Below are positions 39,134 to 51,012 of a stretch of 64,000 nucleotides of DNA, in pieces. The notes below the pieces were generated by a model that saw only the letters and a program-made list of their open reading frames with translations, made no database searches and had not been told where the DNA came from. The stretch spans positions 124,001-188,000 of the forward strand of contig MU626261.1 of NCBI GenBank assembly GCA_025603075.1, given 5' to 3'. A program made the position numbers and the translations under genes. Positions within the stretch are counted from its first letter, which is position 1. The number at the start of each line of letters is the position of its first letter. The stretch comes from Neoconidiobolus thromboides FSU 785. Taxonomy: Eukaryota; Fungi; Entomophthoromycota.

Positions 39134-40426
39134 TATAAAAAAATCTATTTTTTAAAGTAAAAGAAAAGTAAAAGAAAAAAACAAAAGTAATCAACATAAT
39201 GATTACAAGTAATAATAACTTGAAGAATGAAATATAAAGTAATTGGATCTTAAGTTGATAAGTTTAACTAACGTTAAATTTCATTATCTTTATTACAAAT
39301 CCACTATTTGAGTTAGAATTCTTAAAGTAATTTCTATATTTGGTAATTTTTCATTTTTTATATCATTATAGTTTGAATTTTTTTGAATTGTTGTTTGTTG
39401 TATTATTGATTTTTGTTAATTTGATTATTTCTAATTGTTGATTTTTTGAAATATTACTTGTTGTTACTTAACTCCCTTCTAAAATCCTTTTAATTTGGAC
39501 CAATCAATTAGTAGAATTCACTAGTTATTTGCCAACTTTAACTGCTCTGTTGATAATTTAATCTCATTATTATCACTCATTAATTGATTCTATTCATTTA
39601 TACCCGCTAAATAGGTTGAAATGATAGTATCTATTTTAATTGTTATTTAACTCTATTTTCTAAATAACATATAAAATTTAATTTATTCCAATTACTTAAT
39701 TGTTTTAGACCATATCTTTAATTATAGTCCAACTTGATTGATTTTCATTTTAACTTGTGATTTTTATAGCAAATCTGAAGCTTTCAAGCTGTTAAGTAAC
39801 TTCCAAATTTTGAATATTAAATCAAACTTAATATTTTGTTAGCTATCAATTTTTTAACTTCAAGCTAGTTAGTTCTATTAATACAAATAGTAACTATTTA
39901 TAATAGGTTGTTATTCCATCTTTTACTTCCAGTTATGTTATTGTTTACATCAGTCTGATATCTTTATCTTCAATCTTTATTTTATTGAGTTAAGTTTAGA
40001 TTTCATCTTTTTGTATACATTCAGTTATCAAATTATTATAATTAATATATCAATATTATTTTCATTATATCATATATAACATTTCTTTTTTATAATTTTT
40101 ATTAATGTCATAGTTTTTCGAAAGTAGATTAATTAGTGTGATTTTTAGTTCTTCTTAAAGTGACATCATTCGTTTCTTTTATCACTGAGAGTAATGATTG
40201 ATAGTTAATAAATGGCATACTTGGCCTATTTCTTTGAAAGATAATATTCTAACATATTGTAGTATTTATTAATAGGAGAAAGCCACATTGTTAATTATTA
40301 ATAACAAAAAGCCACCAATATTCTAAATAATGAACATTCAAAAAAATCATTTGACTTACTCAAAAAATTCTAAAGAATAAATACCACATCACTCTAATTT
40401 TGTTTTTTCATTCTTTTTTTAAAAAA

Positions 40427-42213
40427 ATGAGTAAATCGTTTACCACTATCTCCCCCATTGATAACAGTGAATTTTATACTACCAATTTCAATACTCAAGA
40501 TGAAATTGATAGTGCTATTAAAAACTCTTATCAAGCCTATAAACAATGGTCTAAAACCGATTTAAAAGCACGTCAAGATATTCTATCGAAATTTGTGTCT
40601 ATTTTATTAAATGATAAAGAAGAGTTAGCTTTAGAGTTAACTAAAATGATGGGAAGGTAAGTTTATATTCTATGTTTTTAATCATCATAATTACATAACT
40701 CCATAAATCCATAACATTAAATTTTCTATTCTAGACCCATTCGCTACACCCAAGGTGAAATAGAAACGTTGGCGAAGCGAGCCGAATATATGATTTCCAT
40801 AAGTGAAGAAAGTTTAAAACCAAAGGTAGTAGAAGAAAAAAATGGGTTTAAAAAATATATCAAACGTGTATCCTTAGGTCCAATTTTATTAATTGCTCCA
40901 TGGAATTATCCCTATATTACTAGTATCAATGGAATTATTCCAGCTTTGTTAGCGGGTAATACAGTCATCCTTAAACATTCTCCTCAAACTCCTACCGTTC
41001 CTAAAAATTATTTAATTGCTTTTGAGAAGGCCGGCTTACCCAAAAATGTATTCCAAGTAAGTTTCTGATTTGTTTTTTAGATCTTTTTTTTGCTTATCCG
41101 AATATTCAGTTCCTCCATATTGATAATGAAGATATTACATTTACTATTCAACATCCCTTAATTCAATTTGTTAATTTTACGGGGTCAGTAGAAAATGGTA
41201 AAAAAGTACAAAAGGCAGCTAATGACAAGTTTATGGGTAATTATTATAATATTATAATATTATAATAGTAATAAAATTAATATATATAGGAATTGGTTTG
41301 GAATTAGGAGGAAAAGATCCAGCATATGTAAGAGAAGATGCAGATATTAAATATACAGCAGAAAATTTAGTAGATGGAGCTATGTTTAATTCAGGTCAAT
41401 CTTGTTGTTCAGTTGAAAGGATTTATGTTCATACTAAAGTTTATCAAGCTTTTGTAGAGGAGTTCGTTAAAATTACTAAGGTAAGTAGAACTCTGGATGG
41501 TTTTATCAGTTTATTTATTTTTTATTTTTTTAGGATTATATCCTAGGTAACCCATTAGATCCTAAAGTCACTTTAGGTCCAATGGTATCTAAACAATCCG
41601 CTGAATTTATTAGAAAACAAGTTAAAGAAGCAGGTAATATTAAGATTAAAAAATTAACTACTATATTATATTTATTAATTGTTATTAGTTTCACAAGGTG
41701 CAAAAGCATTAATTGATGAAAATTTATTCCCAAATGCTAAGGTAAGTTACAATAAAATAAATATAATAGTTAATATCTAATTTTTCTTTTAGGAAGGTAC
41801 AAACTATGTAGCACCTCAGGTATTGATCAATGTGAATCATAACATGTCCATAATGAAAGATGAATCTTTTGGTCCTGTAGTAGGAATAATGGAAGTAAAT
41901 AATTAATTTTATTAATTAAACAAAAATTTATTAATAAAAAAATAAGGTTAGAGATGATGATGAAGCTATTGAATTAATGAATGATAGCGAGTTTGGCTTA
42001 ACAGCTAGCATTTGGACAAATGATATTGATGCCTGTAATTATGTTGGAGAACATGTAGAAACTGGTACCATTTTTATGAACCGTTGTGATTTCCCAGACC
42101 CAGCATTAGCTTGGACTGGAGTTAAAAATTCAGGTAGAGGTTGTACACTCTCAACTTTAGGTTTTGAACCTTTAACTCGTCCTAAATCTTATCATCTTAA
42201 AGTTAAAATTTAA
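40427..42213 (+). CDS. Aldehyde dehydrogenase (uncharacterised [10 protein letters not shown] subfamily), 8 exons
   Basis: [70 protein letters not shown]. Confidence 0.92.
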
Positions 42214-42223
42214 AATAAAAAAT

Positions 42224-42643
42224 TCATAGTTGATAATTGCGAAATTTAGTTATTAAATCATCATTATTACTGTTATTGTTTATATTATTAATTTTGTATT
42301 CATTATTATTTTTATCTTCAATCGTCAATGTTTTATTAAAATTAGACCAATGGGTTACCTTCATAGCTTCTGGTAATAGAACATAGTCTTTCCAAGCTAT
42401 TTGGAGACCAGAAAATAACCATTGATCATATTTTTTTCTCATTTTTTCATCTTTTAAAATATTATAAGCTTCATTAATCTGTTTAAATTGATCTTCATTA
42501 CTACCTCTTTGTTTATCTGGATGATATTTTAAACTTAATAATTGATACTCTTTTCTTATTTGTTCAATACTATGATGAGAAGCACAGTTTAATAGCTCAT
42601 AATAATTTTTGGAGTTTGTACCAAGATTGGTGGTGGTATTCAT
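42224..42643 (-). CDS. DNAJC12: J-domain co-chaperone, DNAJC12/JDP1-like, intronless
   Basis: NYYELL, YHPDK, YDQWLFSGLQIAW...KVTHW and C-terminal KFRNYQL match the DNAJC12 features YD.W..S...HW and KFRNY.I. Confidence 0.7.
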   Translation of the reverse strand: MNTTTNLGTNSKNYYELLNCASHHSIEQIRKEYQLLSLKYHPDKQRGSNEDQFKQINEAYNILKDEKMRKKYDQWLFSGLQIAWKDYVLLPEAMKVTHWSNFNKTLTIEDKNNNEYKINNINNNSNNDDLITKFRNYQL

Positions 42644-43043
42644 CTTTAAAAAGAAGTCTAAAAATAATTTAGGCTAATGAATTTTGATTGAAAATATGTC
42701 AACTTTTTAAAAATTAGCAAAAAATGCATTTGTTTCGTTATTTTTAAATTTATAAGTGAAATTGTTTAGGTTCACTCATGTGAAATTAGTTGAATATAAT
42801 GTTAGAATAAAGAACTGGTTTATATTGATTTGATATCGTAGTCAAGCTATAGAAAAACTAAATAAATATTTGAACTATTTTTTTTGTAAGTGTGTATTGA
42901 ATAGTAATTTTGTATTGAAAAAGAAAACTTGAGGGATAATATAGTACACCATTTCTCTCAATACTTATGTTCAAATTACAATAAATAATGAGCAAATTCC
43001 ATTAATTGAATGATACTAAAATACTTAAATTTATTTAGCATAT

Positions 43044-43142
43044 GGGAGGGGGATGTTTTTTCACTTCACTTTTTCTATTTCTTAAGTGCTATTTAAATGG
43101 AAAAATTGTTAATAAAATTGTTAAACAAAAAAACACATTCCC
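43044..43142 (-). mobile_element. Family A MITE-like element
   Basis: ATAT|gggagggggatgtttttt...cttaagtgctatttaaatggaaaaattgttaataaaattgttaaacaaaaaaacacattccc|ATAT. Confidence 0.8.
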
Positions 43143-43443
43143 ATATTATATTTCTGTTAAAAAAGTTTAAAATACTTGCTAGCAGCATTAAGCGTTTTGT
43201 TTACAGCTGAGGCTTATAAATATTAGATGAGCATAGTCCATTGGTATAAACTAAAGTGCTATTAGTATCTATTTTAAGGATCTACCTTAAAAGACATCGT
43301 TAACTCTTTATTAAATTATAAATTTTATTTTTAACATGAGATTCACTTATGTTTAGTACGTTTTAATAACTTGGGTTATTGAGAATTTGCTAATTATTTA
43401 CTATTTTAAAGATTAAAATTTTAAATTATTTAGAATATAATAT

Positions 43444-43541
43444 GGGGATGTATTTTTTTGCTTAAGAATTTTACTAGCAATTTTTTCATTCAAATAGCGC
43501 TTAAAAATGGAAAAAGTAATGAAATCAAAAAAAGTATCCCC
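43444..43541 (+). mobile_element. Family A MITE-like element, full length
   Basis: ATAT|ggggatgtatttttttgcttaagaattttactagc...caaatagcgcttaaaaatggaaaaagtaatgaaatcaaaaaaagtatcccc|ATAT. Confidence 0.88.
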
Positions 43542-43568
43542 ATATTATTAAGTTGGTATTTTAAAGCG

Positions 43569-44381
43569 TTACTTTATTTGTTCTAATATAAATTTAGCAA
43601 TACTATTTTGTACTATATTATAAGTAGGAATTTGATCATGTTGACCAAATTTACCTTGGATAACATTAACTTTTTTTAATCCAACATCGTTCAAATGTTT
43701 AGCAAATTGTGTTGTTTGTTGAGAATCAACAAGTGTATCTTCAATGGAATCAATTAATAAATACTTTGGTAATCTAGTATAATGAATCTTATTTAAAGAA
43801 TCAGAAGTAATGCTATACTGTGGAGATGCTTGGTTCCATGAACCTGATTCATTAATACCAAATGCTGGTTCAATAAATTGATGAATATATGAACTATCTT
43901 GCTTAGCTAATAATTCTAAATCAAAAATGCCTCCGATGGATATCACCCCTTTGATTTGATTTAACAGCTTATTATTACTATTATTGATGTACTGATTAGG
44001 ATCTAATGCCAACAATGCACTTAAATGAGCACCTGCAGAATGACCCCCAACAATTATTTTACTATCTTTTAGGTTGAAGCGATTTAGTGAAGAAGTGATA
44101 TTAAAGAAAGCATTCAATATGTCTTTAATATGGCTTGGATGTTTAATATGATTACTTCCCCCTTTTTGACTTAAACAATAGTGAACTATAGCAGTCACAA
44201 TACCATAATTCTTAGCTAAATCAGCTGCCATTAATCTACTTGGTTCTATATCTTCTGATACCCAACCACCACTTGGAATCCACAGCAATAAAGGCGAATT
44301 AGAAGTATAGTTCAAAGGTGTAATTAAATCAAAGCGATTATTTTGATTTAAATCATTGTAGCTATAAGACTTATCGCTCAT
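43569..44381 (-). CDS. Alpha/beta-hydrolase, kynurenine formamidase (Bna7/AFMID)-like, intronless
   Basis: LLWIPSGGW, HPSHIKDI, nucleophile elbow GGHSAGAHL, IGGIFDL, acid region EDTLVD and His region GQHD. Confidence 0.82.
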   Translation of the reverse strand: MSDKSYSYNDLNQNNRFDLITPLNYTSNSPLLLWIPSGGWVSEDIEPSRLMAADLAKNYGIVTAIVHYCLSQKGGSNHIKHPSHIKDILNAFFNITSSLNRFNLKDSKIIVGGHSAGAHLSALLALDPNQYINNSNNKLLNQIKGVISIGGIFDLELLAKQDSSYIHQFIEPAFGINESGSWNQASPQYSITSDSLNKIHYTRLPKYLLIDSIEDTLVDSQQTTQFAKHLNDVGLKKVNVIQGKFGQHDQIPTYNIVQNSIAKFILEQIK

Positions 44382-44882
44382 ATTTCCAATTTTAATATAA
44401 TTCCTTTTTATTAGTAGCTATATTAATTAACTATAAAAAATTACTTTGCTTTTATCGAAAAAACAATCGAATTTACATACTAGTTTGAATAAAATTAAAT
44501 TTAATAAACTACATTATAAAATAAATGTACACTAAGACTGAAAAGTTGGACGATTAAGTAAAATATATTCATCTTGAGCATTTGACTTAAAATTTAATAG
44601 ATAATAAGTAGCTGTCATATTCGAATGCTTATATACTTTTGTTATAATACGTAGGTAAATTTAAGTATATACGAATTTCTTCGTTCTTTCATATGATTAT
44701 TGTTCTTCATTCTTTCATATGATTACTCTTATTCTTCTATTCAAATGGAGTTTATTATCTTGAGACCTTTTTTATGACTGGAGGTTCTTTACAGTCTATT
44801 AATAGAATGTGAAAGTTGTATTGGGATCAGTATAAAGAGACAAGAGTTTATAGAATAAAGCTTTTATAAATTTAGTACCTTA

Positions 44883-44980
44883 GGGCGTTTTTCTCGGTTT
44901 CATTACTTTGCCTGTTTCTTAAGTACTATTCGAGTGGAAAAATTGTTAGTAAAATCCTTAAATAAAAGGTTACATCCCCC
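44883..44980 (-). mobile_element. Family A MITE-like element, diverged
   Basis: gggcgtttttctcggtttcattactttgcctgtttcttaagtactattcgagtggaaaaattgttagtaaaatccttaaataaaaggttacatccccc. Confidence 0.75.
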
Positions 44981-45595
44981 ATCTTGTGTTTGCAAATTTC
45001 TTAAAATCCTAAAAAGTATCAAGTCAACAAAATTATAACTTTTACAAAAAACTCTACTCTTCCTTGTTGAACTTTATCTTTCATCAGTATATATAGTTTA
45101 GTTAATCAGTAAAATAAAAATTCTTTTAATCCATTAAGTGCTTTGGACTTAATATTAAATACTGAAAAGTTCTTTTTCAATGATCTGGCTCCATTTGGTT
45201 ATTGTAATAGGATGAATGAACTGTTCAAAAAGCTCGATTTTTTTCAAAGAATAGTATAAACTTTTATGTAAAACTTGGAACTAATAGAACTTTATTCAAT
45301 TATAATGTGCCACGTTAATATTTAATCTGAACGTAGTATAAAAACTCTTTTTTACTTTTAATATCTCAAAATCAAATAATATTAGCTATATCTTTTCATG
45401 TAAGTCTGTTATCATCTCATAGAGCACTTACATATATGTGCAAAAAAATGAGATGCTTTTTTTAATGCTTAGATAAATTTGATAATAAATCCTATTTACT
45501 ATAATATTTTTTAAAAAAAAGATTTAATTGAAAAATTATCAAATATTACGTTTCATTCTATAGATAAAACTCAACTTTCTTTTTGATTATAATAT

Positions 45596-45693
45596 GAGGA
45601 TGTATTTCTATGTTTAAGAATTTTGCTAATAATTTTTCCGCCCAAATAGCGCTTAAAAGATGGAAAAAATAATGAAGCCAAAAAAAACACCCC
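45596..45693 (+). mobile_element. Family A MITE-like element
   Basis: ATAT|gaggatgtatttctatgtttaagaattttgctaataatttttccgcccaaatagcgcttaaaagatggaaaaaataatgaagccaaaaaaaacacccc. Confidence 0.85.
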
Positions 45694-45764
45694 TGTATAT
45701 ATTTTATAACTAGGGCTATCTTTGATAACCTTTATGTTCTTTTAAAAGTAGAAACTTAAAATAT

Positions 45765-45861
45765 GAGGCTATTTTTTTGGTTTCATTATTTTTCCATTTT
45801 TTAAGCGCTATTTGAGTAGAAAGATTGCTAGTAAAATTCTTAAACAAAAAAATACATCCCC
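45765..45861 (-). mobile_element. Family A MITE-like element, inverted relative to the 45596 copy
   Basis: ATAT|gaggctatttttttggtttcattatttttccattttttaagcgctatttgagtagaaagattgctagtaaaattcttaaacaaaaaaatacatcccc|ATAT. Confidence 0.88.
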
Positions 45862-47587
45862 ATATCTAATAGCTCAGGTTTTTTAGTAGTAAAAAGACAC
45901 CATATTTTAAGCCTATTAATAATCATAATATATAATAAAATAAAAATCTGAATAGATATATGTTATTTTTTATTAGCCCATTCAAATTAAATTGATAGCA
46001 AAACTATCAGATAAATCAAACTAAAAAAAGCAAATAACAGACTGTAATCTATCTATATACAAGTAGAATTTTGTTAATAACATTTCTCGTATATATCACT
46101 GTTTAACATGAGAAGTGTTAGTTAACTCTAACACTGAAACGATTTTTTATTTACTTTAACAGTATTCAATTATTTTTTATCCAGAAGCAACTTTAAAATG
46201 CTATTGATTAGCCAAAGAATGAATTTTGTTTTTTTAGTAACATCTCCAAGTTTAATACTGTAGTTTTTAAAGCAAATGTATTATATTTTTTCAATCAACG
46301 AACTTGCGAATTATTTTTTATTTTATTAAGAACCGAGTAAAGCATTAAAAAGAAGGAAGTACACGTCACATTGATAAAACTTACATTCTGAAAACCAGGC
46401 TCAAATTAATATTTAAGAGAAATTAAGAAATGTAATAATGACTACTTAAATTAGTTTTAAAACCTAATAATATGATATTGTAGTAATAATAAAATATTAT
46501 AAATTTCTAAGAAATCTATGACTTATGTAATTTGCATAAAAATTAGAATTGGCAAATGCTCTTCGATTTAGAGGTGTATGACCCCTTCTTAACAATTCAT
46601 TTTAAATAAATTTTAGCTAAAGTTAAACTAAAATTTAAGAACCTAGACTTTAAGTTTAATAAACTCTGCTCAGCTATAAAAATTATCGCTAAAGAATCAC
46701 AATTAGTTTAAGCTAGCTGTATCATTTTGAATATTAAATTGGACTAATTTATTTTGATTCATAGCCATTTTTTATATTAGCCAAATTATTACTAATAATT
46801 TTCACTAATTTTCAAGCCTTTTAGGCATAACCTTTTTTAAAAAAAAAGCCGATTCTTATACAATATTATTTTATATAACAAAATGATCTCTTTTTTTACA
46901 TTAAATTATTTTATCAATAGCAATAATTTAATTGGTTTGAATTTTATAAAATTTATAACTTTTTGCAAAACAAACTATTTCCCTCCTACTAATCATTTAA
47001 TTGACTTTGTATTTTATAAAAATTATTTCATTTTAACACGTAAAAAGTGATAAGTCAAATTAAACTTTTTGTCAGCTAGTTTTTATTAATAATTTTTATG
47101 ACTTTCTTTATTTAGTAAGTTTAAATAACAATAATGAATTAGTGGTTTAATTGACTAATAGAATCCATCAAATCATAACTATAACTGTTGATAAGCTTTT
47201 TATCTGCCCTTACATATTTATAATAAACTCAATGTTACCTTATAGTTTATAACAAAGTATTTTTTAATATGAACTTTGATAGAGAAAGAAAACTTTAATT
47301 TGTATTATACCTTTCCAATTATCCCATTTAATTAATTATCACCAATAGTTTCAGTTTCCTTAACTTTTTCAATCAATTTAACCCCAATTTGAGAAAAAGT
47401 CTTTAAATATTACCCAGCTTAGACTAAATGTTCTGCTTTAAAACCTTAAGCCAATCAATCAATGATAGATACCCCACCAGCAAATTGGCTAATAGTGGGT
47501 TCAATCTCTTTCCACCAATCAAATTGGATCTGGGTAAACAAAAAGTATTTGAACGGAGTTAATCGATTAACTTTTTTTAATTAAAAA

Positions 47588-49312
47588 ATGGGGATAGGAA
47601 AAAGAAGTAATAAGATAAGTCCAAAGGACCCTAAAGTAACGGTAACGAATCAATTATATTCACCACCTTTAAGCTCTGGTTCACATTCAAATTCCCCATT
47701 TAACCAAAAAGGACTTAATCCTAATATTTTAAAAAAAGCTCCTTTACCTGATGCTAAAACCCCAGTTCAAACTGACCCTGAAAAGCTACATGACATTCCC
47801 TTGTTTGTACTTTTAACCACTTATTTCAGTTATTCTCTCTTAGTGTTTGTTGGTCATGTCAGAGATTTTTTCGGTAAAATTTTTAAGAGTTCCGAATATA
47901 CTCCTTATGCCCATAGAAATGTAATTTGATCCTTTTCTATTTTTTACAACAATTTTAATCGATTTTTAGGGTTATGCTCCTATTGTTGATGGTTTTGATT
48001 CAATGTTTCATCGTAGATTGTATATGCGTATTAGAGATTGTTTTTCTCGTCCTACCACTGGAGTAGCTAGTCGTACCGTTAAAGTTTTAGAAAGAAAGAG
48101 TGATGATTATAACAAGACTTATACGTAAGTCAATTACTTTTATAATTATTATATTATCTAAAATTTAATAGCTATACTGGAAAATCGATAGAATGCCTTA
48201 ATCTAGCATCATATAATTATTTGGGATTTTCAGAAAAGGAAGGTGTATGTGCAGATCAAGTGATCGAGTGTGTTAAACAAAATGGAATAACTTCAAACAC
48301 TACACGTAATGAAGTTGGGCTTTGTCAATTTTTACTTGAAACTGAAAAGATGTTAGCTAGTTTTGTCGGTAAAGAAGATGCAATCATTCAATCTCAGGGC
48401 TTTTCAACCAACTCAACAACTATCCCAATTTTAGTTGGTAAAGGTTCCTTAATTATCTCAGATGAACTTAATCACTGCTCTATTGTTACTGGTGCTAGAT
48501 TGTCTGGTGCTAATATTCGTACATTCAAACATAATGATGTTGTAGATCTTGAAGCTACATTACGCTTTTCGATTTCTCAAGGTCAACCACGTACTCATCG
48601 CCCATGGAAAAAAATCCTATTGATTATAGAAGGAATTTATAGTATGGAAGGTTCCATCCCTATTTTACAAGAGATCATCCAATTGAAACAAAAATACAAA
48701 TTTTATATCTATTTAGATGAGGCTCATTCAATTGGAGCCCTCGGACCACGTGGTAGAGGTACATGTGATTATTTAGGTGTTGATCCAGCACATATTGATG
48801 TTATGATGGGTACCTTTACTAAAAGTTTTGGAGCAGCAGGAGGTTATATTGCAGGTAGCAAAGAACTTATTGATAAAGTACGCATTACAAATCATAATAG
48901 TATCTATGCAGAGCCAATGCAAATCCCAGTATTACAACAAGTCAATTCTTCAATGAGGGTCATCATGGGATTACAAGGTGGTGATTTAGGACAACGTAAA
49001 CTTGAACAATTGGCTTTTAATTCTAGATACTTCTTCTCAGAACTCAAAGCTATGGGCTTCACTGTCACTGGTAACGGGGATTCTCCAGTCATACCACTTA
49101 TGTTGTTCCATCCCTCGAAAATTGCTGCTTTCTCTAGAGAATGTTTGAATAGAGGTTTAGCTGTAGTGGTCGTAACTTATCCTGCTACCCCTCTTATTAC
49201 TGGTAGAGTACGTTTCTGTTTATCAGCTTCCCATACTAAAGAAGATTTGGATAAAGCTCTAGCCATTGTTTCAGACGTTGGTGATCGACTACTTTTAAAA
49301 AACATGTTTTAA
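47588..49312 (+). CDS. LCB2: Serine palmitoyltransferase subunit LCB2, 3 exons
   Basis: TTYFSY...GHVRDFFG, CLNLASYNYLGF, SDELNHCS, LDEAHSIGA, PLP-lysine motif GTFTKSFGAAGGY, GRVRFCLSASHT. Confidence 0.96.
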
Positions 49313-50090
49313 AAGGAAAGCTTATTATTGTCACTTATTATATAATGTAAAAAGATAGTTGGTTTAAATTTCTACATTTCTTAATTAGCTTCGTAAGCTA
49401 TACTGTTTTAAATAAATACTTAATATTAGTTAAATATTCTTTATTTGTAGTTAAATTTTTAGTTTTAGTATACTTTTGACATCAAGTATGATAAGCTTTT
49501 AATGACATATACCGAACATTGTTATGTAACTCTAAATAAATTATAGAATTTTATCAATGTCTAAAATAATCTAGTCAGTTGTAAAGTCTATTCTATTTTT
49601 ATTATTTGATTTAAATTCATTACAAGCCCCTGCCAAATATTTATACTATAATTTAAATTTTGTTAATAAACGTTATTTACCATGTTTGTTTAAAAGCTTT
49701 AAACAAGCTATCATATTTATAACAACAGACAGGTTGAATAGAGGTTTTAAAATTATGATATCTTTGGATTTAATTAATGTTCACAAAGAGATAATAAAAA
49801 CTATTACTTTATTATAACATGTATTAAATATTAATGAAACCAAATTGTCCCTTGAATTTTGCCCCAGGCTTAATATCAGATAACAATTTCCCATAATTAT
49901 CGAAGATATGATTCTATCCAATTAACACGCTTTGAATTTTTTGCTTAAAAGTTTTTCATTTGCAAAAAATTTTCATTCCCTGTTTTTTAAACCACTCATG
50001 TAACTTATAAAATATCAAAAAACACAATAAATTCTAATCATCCAATTTAGTGAGGATTTCTGTATTTAAAAAATATATAAATAACTAAAA

Positions 50091-50580
50091 ATGTCTGCCG
50101 AAGGGTAATATAATTCACTTTATTGATATAAATTTATCTAAATAACCTTGCAGAAATGATGTGGTCGTTAATGTTGAGGAAGTTGAAGTTGCCGCCGATG
50201 CTGCTCCACGTGGAAAGATGTCCATTGAAGAAGCTTTACAAGCTGTCCTCAAACAAGCTATCGTAACTGATAACCTTGTTCGTGGTATCCGTGAATGCGC
50301 TAAGGTTCTTGACCGTCGTCAAGCTTCCCTTTGCGTTTTAAACGAAGGTTGTACCGAAGGAGAATATATTAAACTTGTTGAAGCTTTATGCGCTGAACAC
50401 AATATTAATCTCATCAAAGTTTCTGATGCCAAAAAGCTCGGTGAATGGGCCGGTCTCTGCAAGATCGACCGTGAAGGTAACCCTCGTAAGGTCGTAGGAG
50501 CCTCCGTTGTTGTTGTCAAGGAGCTCCAGCAAGATTCCGAGGCTTACAACGTCCTCATGGAATACTTCAGTTCCCACTAA
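50091..50580 (+). CDS. RPS12: 40S ribosomal protein eS12, 2 exons
   Basis: 13-nt first exon ATGTCTGCCGAAG, then [22 protein letters not shown]...[21 protein letters not shown]. Confidence 0.97.
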
Positions 50581-50839
50581 GTTTCCAATAAATTTTACTA
50601 ATGGTAAATAGATTCATGTTTGTAATTTGATAGTTGATGAAATTGTTATTTGTATATTAGTTAACAATATAAAGTTAATTTATAGCTAATGCTATTAAAC
50701 TCCAAATATTAATAGTAATATGAGTATAGAAATTAACTCTTTATATTAATTTTTAATTTATAGCTTAAATAAGAAATAAAACTTATAACTATTAAATAGC
50801 TTCAATGCTATTTTTAGGCTATAAATTTATTTAAATATA

Positions 50840-50935
50840 GAGGTGTTTTTTTTAGCTTCATTACTTTTTCTCTTTTAAGCACTATTTGACCAGAAAGATT
50901 GTCAATAAAATTCTTAACCACAAAAATACATTCCC
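50840..50935 (-). mobile_element. Family A MITE-like element
   Basis: gaggtgtttttttagcttcattactttttctcttttaagcactatttgaccagaaagattgtcaataaaattcttaaccacaaaaatacattccc|ATAT. Confidence 0.8.
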
Positions 50936-51012
50936 ATATGACTTTTTGGTTTTAATCTCTTTGCATTTTAATTATTGAAAATAGCTAATAAAGTATACAT
51001 AATTGATTGGAA

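Noticed and set aside
39200-40100. Asn/Lys-rich coding-like tract on the minus strand upstream of the SH3 gene
   Set aside because: There are stops in all frames, no consistent splice model and no motif.
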